Shown here piece by piece: positions 34,443-45,158 of a DNA stretch of 64,000 bases (positions are counted from its first letter, which is position 1; each line of letters opens with the position of its first letter). The DNA lies in the NCBI GenBank assembly GCA_963805855.1, contig CAWDVW010000002.1, positions 669,154 to 733,153 of the forward strand. Direction: 5' to 3'. A program made the position numbers and the translations under genes. Source of the stretch: Candidatus Dadabacteria bacterium. GTDB taxonomy: Bacteria > Desulfobacterota_D > UBA1144 > Nemesobacterales > CSP1-2. The notes beneath the pieces were generated by a model. It was not told where the DNA came from. It made no database searches and was given only the letters and a program-made list of their open reading frames with translations.

Positions 34443-35545
34443 AGCTTCGTCTCCTTCTTAAGAGGTTTGTTCGTGTAAAAAGGGGTTGAAACAATTCTTG
34501 ATTTTCTCCTCGTTCCACGAATCTCTATATCAAGGTTCTCTCCAACCATTGCGTTAGTGTTCAAAAGTGCCATTCCGATGCACTTCTCAAGGCTCGGGGA
34601 TAAAGTTCCACTCGTAACAGTACCCAACTGAACTTCACCCCTCAATACCGGGTAACCTTGCCTGGGTATACCACGATCGATCATATCAAATCCTATCAGT
34701 TTTTTTTCAGGCCCGGTCTCTAAAACCCTTACTAGAGCTCTCTTACCGATAAAATCGCCCTTATCAATTCTCACATATCTGCTCAAACCAGATTCAATTG
34801 GGTTTATATCCTCGTTAATCTCATGCCCATATAGCGGATAAGCCATTTCAATTCGAAGGATATCTCTCGCACTTAGCCCACTGGGTAAAATATTATATTC
34901 ACTGCCTGTATCTAGAATCGCCTCCCACACTCCGGTGGCATCTCCCCATGGAATAAAAATCTCAAATCCATCTTCACCGGTATATCCTGTTCTTGCAATC
35001 ATTAGATCGATATCATTCCAACGTATTTTCAGGAAATAGAATCTTTTTAGATTAGACAAATCGAAACCAAGTGCGTCACATATTATATTCTGGGACTTGG
35101 GACCTTGAAGAGCCAGTTGCGAGTACTCAAAGCTCCTGTTCAACACCTCCACCTTGAATTCTCCTTCTACGCTTCCCATCCATTCAAAATCCTTTACGGT
35201 ATTTACTGCATTCACACAAATGAGAAAGTACTCGTCAGAATATTTATAGATAATTACATCATCGATCACCCCGCCCTGATGGTTGCAGAGTATCGTATAT
35301 TGAGCCTGAAAATTTCTCAGTTTGCCGATATCGTTCGTTGTAATCCACTGACAGAAAGATGCCGAGTCCCTTCCGATAATTTCGATTTCACCCATATGGC
35401 TGACATCAAATAATCCGGCCGACGTCCGGACGGCAATAGTCTCTTTTCTGCTTCCTGAATACTCAACCGGCATTTCCCAACCGGCAAATTGGATAAACTT
35501 TGCGCCTAAGCGTTCATGCGACTGATAAAGCTCTGGTTTTTGCAT
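34439..35545 (-). CDS. gcvT: Aminomethyltransferase, T protein
   Basis: FAGWEMPVEY, FDVSHMGE, ALQGP, RTGYTGEDGFE, ARDILRIE. Confidence 0.97.
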   Translation of the reverse strand: MQKPELYQSHERLGAKFIQFAGWEMPVEYSGSRKETIAVRTSAGLFDVSHMGEIEIIGRDSASFCQWITTNDIGKLRNFQAQYTILCNHQGGVIDDVIIYKYSDEYFLICVNAVNTVKDFEWMGSVEGEFKVEVLNRSFEYSQLALQGPKSQNIICDALGFDLSNLKRFYFLKIRWNDIDLMIARTGYTGEDGFEIFIPWGDATGVWEAILDTGSEYNILPSGLSARDILRIEMAYPLYGHEINEDINPIESGLSRYVRIDKGDFIGKRALVRVLETGPEKKLIGFDMIDRGIPRQGYPVLRGEVQLGTVTSGTLSPSLEKCIGMALLNTNAMVGENLDIEIRGTRRKSRIVSTPFYTNKPLKKETKL

Positions 35546-35782
35546 TGTATAATAATCAGTTAACAGCAGAAATCAGAATTGTCAACAAACAAATATCGAC
35601 AATTATTCTTACCCGTTCTTTTAGTTATGATATTATCAATATTAATTAAAATTACTAATGATTTCAGGTAAATCCATTGAAAAAGAATTTATACGGCCTA
35701 AACTTTATATCAAGATATGAATAAGTAAATTGGATTCAACTTCAAATACTCCGGTTCACTCTTGGTTTTTAAAATTTAAAAA

Positions 35783-36436
35783 ATGAATGTATCTACTAGA
35801 ATCAGGGAGTTTTATAAATCACTTTACAACCGATATGGACCTCAAAACTGGTGGCCAGCAGAATCCGAACTTGAATGTATCTTAGGTACAATACTCACAC
35901 AAAACACCTCATGGAAAAATGTAGAAAAGGCATTTGAAAATCTGAAATCAAGGGGCTTAATCTCCGTTGAGAAGCTGGATTCATTACCAACTGAGAAACT
36001 CGCAAACCTGATCCGCCCGTCCGGGTATTTCAATCAAAAAGCGATTAAGATCAAAACCTTCATCAGTTATGTTAAGAAAACCTACAACGGGGACCTTGAC
36101 AAAATGTTCGACGAGGATACACATCAACTCCGGGAGAAGCTCTTAAGCATAAAGGGCATTGGACCCGAAACAGCAGATAGCATCTTACTCTACGCACTAA
36201 AGAAACCAGTATTTGTGATTGACGCATATACGTACAGAGTCCTTTCGAGGCATTGCATGATTCCGAAGGAAACATCATATCAAGAAATGCAAGAGTTATT
36301 GATGGATTCAGTTCCCAACGATGTACAGGTCTTTAACGAGTACCACGCACTCTTGGTAAAGGTGGGAAAGGAACACTGCAAGAGAAAAGCCCTGTGCAAG
36401 GGTTGCCCTCTGGAATACGATCCGCATACAGTGTAG
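35783..36436 (+). CDS. Endonuclease III-like HhH-GPD family protein
   Basis: GPQNWWP, ILTQNTSWKNV, LLSIKGIGPETADSILLY, C-terminal Cys cluster. Confidence 0.9.
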   Translation: MNVSTRIREFYKSLYNRYGPQNWWPAESELECILGTILTQNTSWKNVEKAFENLKSRGLISVEKLDSLPTEKLANLIRPSGYFNQKAIKIKTFISYVKKTYNGDLDKMFDEDTHQLREKLLSIKGIGPETADSILLYALKKPVFVIDAYTYRVLSRHCMIPKETSYQEMQELLMDSVPNDVQVFNEYHALLVKVGKEHCKRKALCKGCPLEYDPHTV

Positions 36437-36446
36437 CTATATCCGT

Positions 36447-36755
36447 GCGGGGTTGGAAAACCCCGCCTATCGTAATTGATGACAATGTTAATCATTGTGG
36501 ATAGTCGGGACATTCGCGTCCCAGTTGGTTTCCATTCGATTAATTTTATGGTGGACTAAAGCGGAGGATTAAAGTGCTCCGGCACATCTATGTCATAATA
36601 CGATAGGTTATATCCTTAATACCCACCAGCAAGAATGGTGGGCTGCCCGTCCGGGAAGAACGGGAACTGGTACGCTCTCTTTTAAGTTGACCGGTAATTT
36701 CTTGGGTAGGTCACGAGTCCCTTAGATTGACTCGGAGCAGGCTTGCTCGTGACAT
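36447..36755. repeat. REP mosaic between convergent genes
   Basis: GCGGGGTTGGAAAACCCCGCCTATC, GATAGTCGGGAC, CCCACCAGCAAGAATGGTGGG, GTAGGTCACGAG..CTCGTGAC. Confidence 0.85.
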
Positions 36756-36895
36756 TTGATAATCCTTGGTCGTTGCACAAAAACCCACCGGCACGACTGT
36801 CCTGGGTTTGTTGAGGGGATCGGTGGGCTCCATGTAGAGGCGGCCTTCGGCCCCCCCCGGCCATACGAAACCGTAAACAACATGCTTTGGGGAAT

Positions 36896-37249
36896 TTAAT
36901 TCAGATTGGCCTTTGCTATATCTATAACCGCTTTAAAACCCTCTGGGTCACGCACAGCCATGTCGGCCAGATTTTTCCTGTTTATCTCTATACCAGCCTT
37001 CGATAATGCACCGACGAGCGTGCTATATGAAATACCAAATGGCCTCGACGCAGCGTTTATTCTCACAATCCATAGCCGTCTAAAATCCCTCTTCCTCCGG
37101 CGCCTGTCTCTGTATGAGTACGCCAGTGCACGGAGCACGGTCTCTTTCGCACTTCTTAAATTTGTCCCCCTATTCCCCCAATAACCCTTTGCGAGCTTCA
37201 AAATCTTCTTTCTTCTCTTCCTGGACGCAACCGAGCGTTTAACTCTCAT
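36896..37249 (-). CDS. rplT: 50S ribosomal protein L20
   Basis: [32 protein letters not shown]. Confidence 0.98.
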   Translation of the reverse strand: MRVKRSVASRKRRKKILKLAKGYWGNRGTNLRSAKETVLRALAYSYRDRRRRKRDFRRLWIVRINAASRPFGISYSTLVGALSKAGIEINRKNLADMAVRDPEGFKAVIDIAKANLN

Positions 37250-37313
37250 TTCTTTCTCCCTTAGACGTAAGTCAGTCCTAAGTAAATAGAAGCTATTTAT
37301 TCTTTAGTCGACC

Positions 37314-37425
37314 GATACACGATACAAGATACAGAATGCATGATGAAGGAAAAAAACATTTTATCCTGAATCGTGGATCGTGTATCCTGCATCATGTATC
37401 GCGAATCATGCATCGTGAATCGTGT
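37314..37425. repeat. Inverted pair of degenerate 7-bp tandem arrays
   Basis: GATACAC GATACAA GATACAG.. followed by ATCCTGA ATCGTGG ATCGTGT ATCCTGC ATCATGT ATCGCGA ATCATGC ATCGTGA ATCGTGT. Confidence 0.85.
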
Positions 37426-37427
37426 AG

Positions 37428-37631
37428 CTAGAGATAAGGTATTAGTTTCTTTATCCTCTTTGCCGCTGTCCCCTCAATATAATCCGGTGAGAGTAGCCGC
37501 CTTTTTCTCTTTCTGCTCTTCTTAACATTCAGGTGGCTCTTACCACTCCGATTTCTTCTGACTTTACCGCTCGCGGTAACCTTAAACCTTTTTGCCGCTC
37601 CCTTATTTGTCTTTACTTTAATTTTTGCCAT
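37428..37631 (-). CDS. rpmI: 50S ribosomal protein L35
   Basis: KTNKGAAKRFKVTASGK..H..KKSRKRKRRL. Confidence 0.98.
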   Translation of the reverse strand: MAKIKVKTNKGAAKRFKVTASGKVRRNRSGKSHLNVKKSRKRKRRLLSPDYIEGTAAKRIKKLIPYL

Positions 37632-38160
37632 TTTCCTTTCCTGCTTTTGGTTTCTTCTTTGGAGACAGAACCATAATAAGGCTCTTGCCGATAATCCTAG
37701 GAGGATAATCTATTGCTCCTATGGAAGATACACGCTCGAGAATCTTGTCTGCAAGCTCTTTACCGATTTCTGGATGTACAATCTCTCTACCCCTAAAAAA
37801 TATCCTGACCTTCGTTTTATTTCCCTCTTCCAAAAATTCACATATGCGATTTAACTTTACATCGAGGTCGTGTTTGCCAATATTAGGCCGAAATTTAACT
37901 TCCTTCAACGGATGGGCCTTTTGCTTCTTAGCGCTCGCCTGCTTTTTCAACTCATATTTATACTTGCCAAAATCCATCAACCTGCAAACAGGTGGATTCG
38001 CATTAGCAGCAACTTCCACTAAGTCTACACCCTCCTCCTGAGCTTTCAGCAATGCCTCATGAATTGGTAACACGCCTAACTGTTTACCTTCTGATGAGAT
38101 GACCCTGACCTCTCTAGCTCTAATCCTTTGATTTACCCGAATCTCAGGTTCTCTTGCTAT
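37618..38160 (-). CDS. infC: Translation initiation factor IF-3 (probable ATA start)
   Basis: RVNQRIRAREVRVI, DLVEVA..PPVCRLMDFGK, KEVKFRP, FRGRE. ATA at 38160 follows GGAGG and overlaps the thrS stop. Confidence 0.95.
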   Translation of the reverse strand: MAREPEIRVNQRIRAREVRVISSEGKQLGVLPIHEALLKAQEEGVDLVEVAANANPPVCRLMDFGKYKYELKKQASAKKQKAHPLKEVKFRPNIGKHDLDVKLNRICEFLEEGNKTKVRIFFRGREIVHPEIGKELADKILERVSSIGAIDYPPRIIGKSLIMVLSPKKKPKAGKENGKN

Positions 38161-40091
38161 TTTTGCTCTACCTCCCTCCAACCGTACGGGTCATTTTCTT
38201 TTGCGATTAACTCTAGGAAACTTTCCAATCCCACAGAAGATAAATTCTCCCCACCCCTCTTCCTCGGCGCCACTGTCCTGCTCTCAACTTCCTTTTTTCC
38301 TATCACCAACAGGTACGGAATCTTCATGAGTTGTGCTTCCCTAACCTTCAAACCAAGTTTTTCATTTCTAAAGTCTCTATCAACCCGGATCCCACGCTCT
38401 CGCAATGTGTCATATACGCCCCCGGCATATGAAATCTGCTCTTCCCCTACCGTCGCCAGTCTTACCTGAATAGGGCTCAACCATAAAGGAAAAGCGCCAC
38501 CATAATGTTCTACAAGTATCCCAAAAAATCTTTCGAACGAGCCCAATATGGCGCGGTGAATCATTATCGGCGAATGTCGCGTATTGTCAACCCCTATAAA
38601 ATTCATATTAAATCTTTCAGGCAGGTTAAAATCTACCTGAACCGTAGAGCACTGCCAAGACCTATCGATAACGTCCTTTATCTTTATGTCAATCTTTGGT
38701 CCGTAAAAAGCGCCCCCTCCCTCGTCCAGCTCATACTCTAGCCCTTTCCTTTCAAGTGCATTCTTAAGAGCCACTATAGCTCTGTCCCAATTTTGCTCGC
38801 TCCCGACAAACTTATCCGGACGGGTGGAAAGAAAAACCTTAAAGTCATCAAAACCAAAAGTTTTAAGGAATGACATAATTAGATTGAGAACTCCCAAGAC
38901 CTCATCCTCGATCTGCTCGGGCGTGCAAAATATGTGTGCATCATCCTGAGAAAAGCCTCTGACCCTTAAAAGCCCATGCAAAACTCCGGAGCGTTCATAT
39001 CTATATACCGTGCCAATCTCGGCCCATCGCAGGGGGAGGTCTCTATAGCTCCTGACTCCAGATTTATAAATCATAATATGAAAAGGACAGGTCATGGGTT
39101 TTATCTGATATTCCGAATTTTCCACCTCCATGGGTGAATACATAAACTCCTTATAAAATTCCAGGTGCCCACTTTTTTCCCACAGATCGAGTCTGGCTAC
39201 ATGAGGTGTAAATAATATCTCATAACCAAAGCGCTCATGCTCAGCTCTCCAGAAATCTTCAATAACACGCCTGATCCTTGCTCCGTTTGGATGCCAGAGA
39301 ACCAGGCCAGGGCCTATATCATCTTGTATGCTAAACAGGTCCAACTCCTTTCCTAGTTTCCTGTGGTCTCGCTTTTTTGCCTCTTCAATTTTGTCTAAAT
39401 AATCCTTAAGGTCGCTCTCTTTTGCGTATGCCGTTCCATATATCCTCTGAAGCATTCGGTTTCTTTCATCACCCCGCCAGTAAGCCCCGGCTACGCTCAA
39501 GAGTTTAAAGACCTTCACGTACTCAGTGGAGGGAGCGTGTGGACCCCGACATAGATCATACCAATTACCTTGCTCGTAAATGCTGATTTTCTCATCCGAA
39601 GGCAACTCGTTTATTATTTCAATCTTATAATCCTCTCCGTCCTCGCTAAAGATCCTAAAGGCCTCTTCCCTAGACACGGTCTTTCGGATCAGAGGCTTCT
39701 TCTCTTCCACAATCTCCTTCATCCTCAATTCAATCTTTTCTAAATCCTCAGGAGTAAACCCTCTTTCGTAATCGAAATCATAATAAAAACCATTTTCAAT
39801 GACAGGTCCTATCGTTACCTTTGCTTCGGGAAAGAGATCCTGCACAGCCTCTGCCATGACATGCGCGGCCGTATGTCTTATAAGATCAAGTCCGTTCGGA
39901 GAATCGACTTTCACCGGTTCTAGGGTTGAATCACGTTCCAGATTAAACCAAAAATCAACCAGCCTACCATTTACCTTAGCACCGATTACGCTATCTCCGA
40001 TTCCAAGAGACTTGAAAATTTCTCCTACAGTTGTTCCCGTCGGAAAGTCCTTAGCCTCGCCATCCGGTAATGTTATTGTTAACTCACTCAT
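38157..40091 (-). CDS. thrS: Threonine--tRNA ligase
   Basis: ITLPDG TGS domain, RHTAAHVMA, DLCRGPH, RDHRKLG, KPMTCP, IHRAILGSFERF. Confidence 0.98.
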   Translation of the reverse strand: MSELTITLPDGEAKDFPTGTTVGEIFKSLGIGDSVIGAKVNGRLVDFWFNLERDSTLEPVKVDSPNGLDLIRHTAAHVMAEAVQDLFPEAKVTIGPVIENGFYYDFDYERGFTPEDLEKIELRMKEIVEEKKPLIRKTVSREEAFRIFSEDGEDYKIEIINELPSDEKISIYEQGNWYDLCRGPHAPSTEYVKVFKLLSVAGAYWRGDERNRMLQRIYGTAYAKESDLKDYLDKIEEAKKRDHRKLGKELDLFSIQDDIGPGLVLWHPNGARIRRVIEDFWRAEHERFGYEILFTPHVARLDLWEKSGHLEFYKEFMYSPMEVENSEYQIKPMTCPFHIMIYKSGVRSYRDLPLRWAEIGTVYRYERSGVLHGLLRVRGFSQDDAHIFCTPEQIEDEVLGVLNLIMSFLKTFGFDDFKVFLSTRPDKFVGSEQNWDRAIVALKNALERKGLEYELDEGGGAFYGPKIDIKIKDVIDRSWQCSTVQVDFNLPERFNMNFIGVDNTRHSPIMIHRAILGSFERFFGILVEHYGGAFPLWLSPIQVRLATVGEEQISYAGGVYDTLRERGIRVDRDFRNEKLGLKVREAQLMKIPYLLVIGKKEVESRTVAPRKRGGENLSSVGLESFLELIAKENDPYGWREVEQK

Positions 40092-40104
40092 GTCTATAAA
40101 AGAG

Positions 40105-40172
40105 GATACACGATTCACGATGCAAGATTCATGATAATAATGCCTTTTTTTGCATCATGCATCGTGCATCAT
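40105..40172. repeat. Second inverted 7-bp tandem array
   Basis: GATACAC GATTCAC GATGCAA GATTCAT ... TGCATCA TGCATCG TGCATCA. Confidence 0.8.
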
Positions 40173-40199
40173 TTACCGTGTCAGTCCGTGGCTATTAAA

Positions 40200-40274
40200 T
40201 GGTGAGCGCGGCAGGATTTGAACCTGCGACCTCTTGCGCGTCAAGCAAGCGCTCTCCCCCTGAGCTACGCGCTC
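40200..40274 (-). tRNA. tRNA-Val(GAC)
   Basis: Minus strand GAGCGCG acceptor stem, TAGCTCAG D-arm, CTTGC-TTGACGC-GCAAG anticodon arm, GGTTCAAATCC T-arm, encoded CCA. Confidence 0.97.
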
Positions 40275-40459
40275 ATGCCGAATTTAATTGCTTAATTCTA
40301 CTAGATAAAAGAGATATCTCAAGGAAGGAGAAGATTAACTTGGTCGGTTCTACGATTATACATAATCTTTTATCCGGTATTGTTAAGACTAAAGATATCC
40401 TTTAGATTACTTTAGCGTCATTCGACCTTCAAAATTCATGTAGTGTAAAGTTCTCAACG

Positions 40460-41353
40460 ATGAAATATCCCGAAGCGATACTTACAACAGAGTTTAAGGA
40501 AATTGCGCCAGCCAGAAGGGGCAAAGTAAGGGATATATACGACTTTGGAGACAAACTCCTAATTGTTGCTACCGATCGAATCTCCGCATTTGACGTTGTG
40601 TTGCCTAACGGAATACCCGGCAAGGGTAAGATCCTAACTCAAATCTCCAAATACTGGTTTGATAAAACAAGCAATATCGTCCAAAATCACCTTTTATCCA
40701 CTAGTGTCGAAGACTTCCCGGAAGTCATTCGTAGACATAGAAGGTTCGTTGACGGAAGGAGCATGTTGGTCAAAAAAGCTAAACCCCTTCCTGTAGAGTG
40801 CGTTGTGCGCGGTTATCTATCCGGTTCGGGATGGAAGGACTATCTAGAAAATGGCTCGGTGTGTGGGATTGTTTTGCAACCAGGCCTCGTCGAATCTTCA
40901 AAACTGCGCGGTCCTATTTTTACACCAGCTACCAAGGCCGAGGGAGGACAGCATGATGAAAACATCACATTCGAGAGGGTGGCAGGCACAGTTGGAAGAG
41001 ATGTAGCGGATTATCTGAAGGAGATCAGCATAACTCTTTACGATTTTGGCAACAAACTGGCAGAAGAAAAAGGGATAATTATCGCCGATACAAAGTTTGA
41101 ATTTGGCATAGACGAGATAAGCGGAGATGTCATTCTAATAGATGAAATTCTGACTCCGGACTCTTCCAGATTTTGGCCAAAAGACGAATACTCCCCCGGG
41201 AACCCTCAGAAAAGCTTTGATAAACAGTTCGTTAGGGATTATCTGATCTCTATCGGTTGGAATAAAAAACCCCCAGCCCCTGTTCTTCCTCCAGAGATCG
41301 TTGAAAAAACGAGAGAAAAATATCTAGAAGCCCTGCAAAAGTTTACTAGCTAA
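40460..41353 (+). CDS. purC: SAICAR synthase
   Basis: [49 protein letters not shown]. Confidence 0.97.
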   Translation: MKYPEAILTTEFKEIAPARRGKVRDIYDFGDKLLIVATDRISAFDVVLPNGIPGKGKILTQISKYWFDKTSNIVQNHLLSTSVEDFPEVIRRHRRFVDGRSMLVKKAKPLPVECVVRGYLSGSGWKDYLENGSVCGIVLQPGLVESSKLRGPIFTPATKAEGGQHDENITFERVAGTVGRDVADYLKEISITLYDFGNKLAEEKGIIIADTKFEFGIDEISGDVILIDEILTPDSSRFWPKDEYSPGNPQKSFDKQFVRDYLISIGWNKKPPAPVLPPEIVEKTREKYLEALQKFTS

Positions 41354-41440
41354 AAGAATAAATCATTAATAATGTTGATTAATGCTTCAGAACAGACTTT
41401 TAATTTTACATGGAAAACTCAATGCCCCTTGAATGAATAA

Positions 41441-42181
41441 ATGAGATTACTAGATAAGAAAATTTCGATTATATTTTTGTTATTTATTGTCTCATCTACT
41501 GGGTGCGTTTATCTCAGGCTCTTAAAGGTAAAGAGACAGCTAAATGATTTTGAAAATAATTTTGCGCTAAACGACGAAAATGGTCTAAAATTTGTTTTCA
41601 AGAATCCAGTTCTCCTTTCCGACGACATCATATGGCTTATGAAAAATGATCCCCTATCAAGGGAACAAACCGAAAACGGGGAGATTTGGGTCTATGTACT
41701 CGAAAAACAGTATTTAGATGAGAATACTGACAAGGTTAATTATGACATTCCTATTCTATTTTATGTGCGTGACGACAAACTAGTTGAGATGACATTCCCA
41801 GAACGATTTCTCAAAAACCTATCTAAGCCCCTGCTCATTAAGATGTTAGGGTCCATGGGAAAATCTGAGATAAGCAAATCGACTCGCAGTGCCGGTACAG
41901 AGTTTAAGGGAAGCAATTCGGATGAGATACCAAAGAAGAGATATATAATTTCGGTATTGGGAAAACCTTACAAAGATGAAACTACCCATCACACTCAAAC
42001 GTTCACTTACCTGTATAATTTAAAAAAAAGTGATATGGCTAAAGAAGACGATAAATTTGATCTAAAGATGACATTCTCATTTGGAGACGTTAACGATTCG
42101 CTCGAGAAGGCCGAATATAATTTTAACGGGCTAACAATGTCTTTGAGTCTTGTCACTGAAGAAAAGGAATCCAATGAATAA
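41441..42181 (+). CDS. Hypothetical lipoprotein
   Basis: 246-aa ORF with STGC lipobox; no recognisable family. Confidence 0.6.
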   Translation: MRLLDKKISIIFLLFIVSSTGCVYLRLLKVKRQLNDFENNFALNDENGLKFVFKNPVLLSDDIIWLMKNDPLSREQTENGEIWVYVLEKQYLDENTDKVNYDIPILFYVRDDKLVEMTFPERFLKNLSKPLLIKMLGSMGKSEISKSTRSAGTEFKGSNSDEIPKKRYIISVLGKPYKDETTHHTQTFTYLYNLKKSDMAKEDDKFDLKMTFSFGDVNDSLEKAEYNFNGLTMSLSLVTEEKESNE

Positions 42182-42431
42182 GCCTGGACCGAGCTGCATG
42201 GCTTCAGTAAATAAACAAAAAGTCCCTTCAGTCATTGCTGTAGAGGTTAGATATTTCCTGGATAAGATATTAGCAATTTCAGGAACGGATTTATTTTCAT
42301 TAACCCATTTCAGAATGAAAAGGACTTCAACGGCATTCCAAAAATTGCGTTAAGAAAATCAGAAAAGAAGACATTAAAAAAATTTGGGTACTGTGGGTAC
42401 TGTGGTTGAATTCAAATATTTTAGTTGATAC

Positions 42432-42660
42432 GTCATCCCCGAAATCAGTAGCCGGGATCCAGAGATAAGAACATGGATTCCCGCTTACACTCCGCGGGAA
42501 TGACACGAAGGAGGGGATCCCGAATGTCTGCCCCTGGCAATGACGGGTGGCCACCAATGACTATCCGTCGGAATAACAGCCAGCTTGTCATCCCCGAAAT
42601 CAGTTGTCGGGGATCCAGAAATAAGAGCGTGGATTCCCGCTTACAGTCCGCGGAAATGAC
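42432..42660. repeat. Two ~74-bp GTCA..TGAC double-hairpin elements (RPE/dRS3-like)
   Basis: GTCATCCCCGAAATCAG..GGATCCAG..TGGATTCCCGCTTACA..CCGCGG.AATGAC at 42432-42504 and 42587-42660. Confidence 0.85.
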
Positions 42661-42719
42661 AGGCCAAGGGGAACCACTAGTTGAAACTTAAGCATAAGTA
42701 GCAGAAAATTTTTTTAGGA

Positions 42720-43967
42720 ATGAAAAGACTTCTTAGACATTACAATCACATAATCGGCATACTGATTGGCGTATTTTTGGGAGTATTTGTAGGTTCATTC
42801 TTCCCTGAATTAGGCTTAAAATCGGGATTTCTCGGCGCAATTTTTCTAAACGCATTAAAGATGATCGTCCTTCCTTTAATAATTGTTTCAATAACGCTGA
42901 GTATTATGAAAGTCGGAAGCATTGGTTCACTGGGTATAAAAACCCTACTCTACTATCTCACTACAACAGCTATAGCCGTGTTCATAGGAATTGTTATCGT
43001 CATGATTATAGAACCCGGCCTTGGAAGTGGCTTCTTTAAAGGTACGATCCCAGAGGTAGTTATAGGAAAAGAAGCCATCACTTTTGTCGATCTAGTTAAG
43101 GGTTTGATATCTCCAAACCTGTTTGAGTCCGCAGCGGAATTTCAAATACTTCCACTAATAATAGCCTCTATCCTGTTCGGCGTAGCCTTTGCGACACTCG
43201 GAAAAGAAAAAGAATTGATCGTAGAAATCTTTAGCTTAATCGATAGAGCTGTAATGAAGATAGTTCACTGGATAATACTTTTCACCCCGATAGGCGTATT
43301 TGGACTTATAGCAAACCGATTAGCAATGGCAGGGGGTGGAAGCGAGGTCATGAATTTGGCTCTGCAGCTCGGCAAGTATGTGGGCTGCGTACTTCTCGGA
43401 TTATTTATCCATGGATTTGTCGTTCTCCCATTGATTCTTTATATCCTGTCAAAGAGGAATCCAATAGATTATTTATCTAGCCTGAGTAAAGCCCTTTTAA
43501 CTGCATTTGCGACTGCCTCATCTTCAGCGACACTACCCCTCACCATGGCCGGAGCGATAGACGAAGCTAAGGTATCACAAAAGGTTGGCAGATTCGTATT
43601 ACCACTCGGGGCGACTGTAAATATGGATGGTACAGCTCTATATGAGGCTGTTGCAGTAATATTCATAGCTCAGAGCTATGGCATTCATCTTGGCCTGGGT
43701 AAGCTCATCCTGGTTTTTATTACTGCTTCCCTCGCTGCGATTGGCGCCGCCGGCATACCCGAGGCCGGACTCGTCACTATGGTGCTGGTCCTTCAGGCCG
43801 TGGGGTTACCGCTTGAAGGTATAGGACTGATACTATCAATAGATTGGCTGCTGGATCGTTTCAGGACCACCATCAATGTATGGGGAGACGCCGTGGGAGC
43901 CGCAGTATTAGACCGATTCGAAGCAAAAGAAACCAGAGATGAACCGGTTTCGATAGAGGTAGTGTGA
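42720..43967 (+). CDS. Dicarboxylate/amino acid:cation symporter (DAACS)
   Basis: AFATASSSATLP, LPLGATVNMDGTALYE, AAGIPEAG, DRFRTTINVWGD. Confidence 0.95.
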   Translation: MKRLLRHYNHIIGILIGVFLGVFVGSFFPELGLKSGFLGAIFLNALKMIVLPLIIVSITLSIMKVGSIGSLGIKTLLYYLTTTAIAVFIGIVIVMIIEPGLGSGFFKGTIPEVVIGKEAITFVDLVKGLISPNLFESAAEFQILPLIIASILFGVAFATLGKEKELIVEIFSLIDRAVMKIVHWIILFTPIGVFGLIANRLAMAGGGSEVMNLALQLGKYVGCVLLGLFIHGFVVLPLILYILSKRNPIDYLSSLSKALLTAFATASSSATLPLTMAGAIDEAKVSQKVGRFVLPLGATVNMDGTALYEAVAVIFIAQSYGIHLGLGKLILVFITASLAAIGAAGIPEAGLVTMVLVLQAVGLPLEGIGLILSIDWLLDRFRTTINVWGDAVGAAVLDRFEAKETRDEPVSIEVV

Positions 43968-44079
43968 CAAATAGTTCTTCCATTCTATTAGGTTGTATGT
44001 TAAAAAATTACTTTGAATTCGTCATGATCTTCACAATACGGTTTTGTTCCTGCCGGCTTCGACTAGGTTGGTCTTGCTC

Positions 44080-44903
44080 GAGTGGATTGCCGCCGCCACG
44101 ATGACGCCGCTATCGAGGTCGATCGCGTGCTCGGGCTTGTAGGCGAGGTGCGTCGTCCCATCCTTCATCCGCGCGATCTTCGCATCCGCGTCGGTCGGGC
44201 TCGTCCAGTCCTCGTTCGACAGCTTCTTGCCCTTGCGGCCGCGATCGAGCCGGACGAGATCGTCGAGCGTCGGCGTTTCCACGCCGCTTTCCTGCGCCAT
44301 GCGGGTCAGCATCTGGCGATAGGTCTCGCCGCTGTCGCGCCGCACGATGGTTCGCAGCGCGGCGTTGGCTTCCATCGTCGAGCCGTCGACGCCGATCCGC
44401 TCGCCCTTCACCAGACCGCCCTCGGCGACCAGAGCCAGGACCCAGCCGAAAACCTGCTCATGCACCTCGTGCGGCAGGCGCGAGCGCGTCTTCGACAGCC
44501 AGGAGTGATCGGGAACCTTGTCCCGGGTTCCAAGCCGCAGGAAATCCCGCAAGGAATAGGAGTCCGAACAGCGCCAGACAATGCCGCGCTCGCTGTCGAT
44601 CCCCTCGAAATAGCCGACCATGTGCATGCGGAAATAGCGTCCCGGCGGCAAGGACGGCGCCCCCATCCGCGGCGCATAATACGGCTTGCAGATATCCTCG
44701 ACGAAAGGGTCGAAACCCGCCTCGTTCAACAAGCTCTGCAGCCGGTCGTAGAAAGCGTGCCCCGGCGAACGCGGCATCTCAGCCCAAGTCACGACCAGGT
44801 CGCCTTGAACACCCGTCTCGCGTCGCATCGCCATCGCACAAACCTCGTCCGAATCTCGATCTTCACATCGAAATCAGCCGCGCCGCACTTCGTCAACGGG
44901 CTG
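44080..44903 (-). mobile_element. IS1182/IS5-like DDE insertion sequence, truncated at the compositional junction
   Basis: Transposase 44834->~44080 with GIDSERGI, PDHSWLS, VDGSTMEANA, DADAKIARMK; end CAGCCCGTTGACGAAGT at 44903. Confidence 0.85.
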
Positions 44904-45158
44904 ATAAGGGCGGTTAGCATGGCAACACTCCCTCAGGTCTCGAGAACCAACCCGCCATCATAGTGGGCCGGGGGTGTTGCACTATCACGCCGGAACTCTG
45001 CGGGCGCCGCAGAAAGAACTCGGCTATCGACCAGTCGATGCCTTCCGACGTTGCCCGGCGCAACCTCGCATGATAACCAAAAGTCCGGTGATTTCCCGTC
45101 GGGCAGGTTCTATCAATGCCGAATAAATTGGTGCTATTTAATAATTCTGAGTGGAAGA

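Noticed and set aside
35546-35782. Glycine riboswitch upstream of gcvT
   Set aside because: The AT-rich spacer has no recognisable aptamer motifs.
40200-44080. tRNA-anchored genomic island explaining the GC-rich half
   Set aside because: The tRNA-Val is 3.8 kb away with housekeeping genes between; no integrase or tRNA 3' duplication was found.
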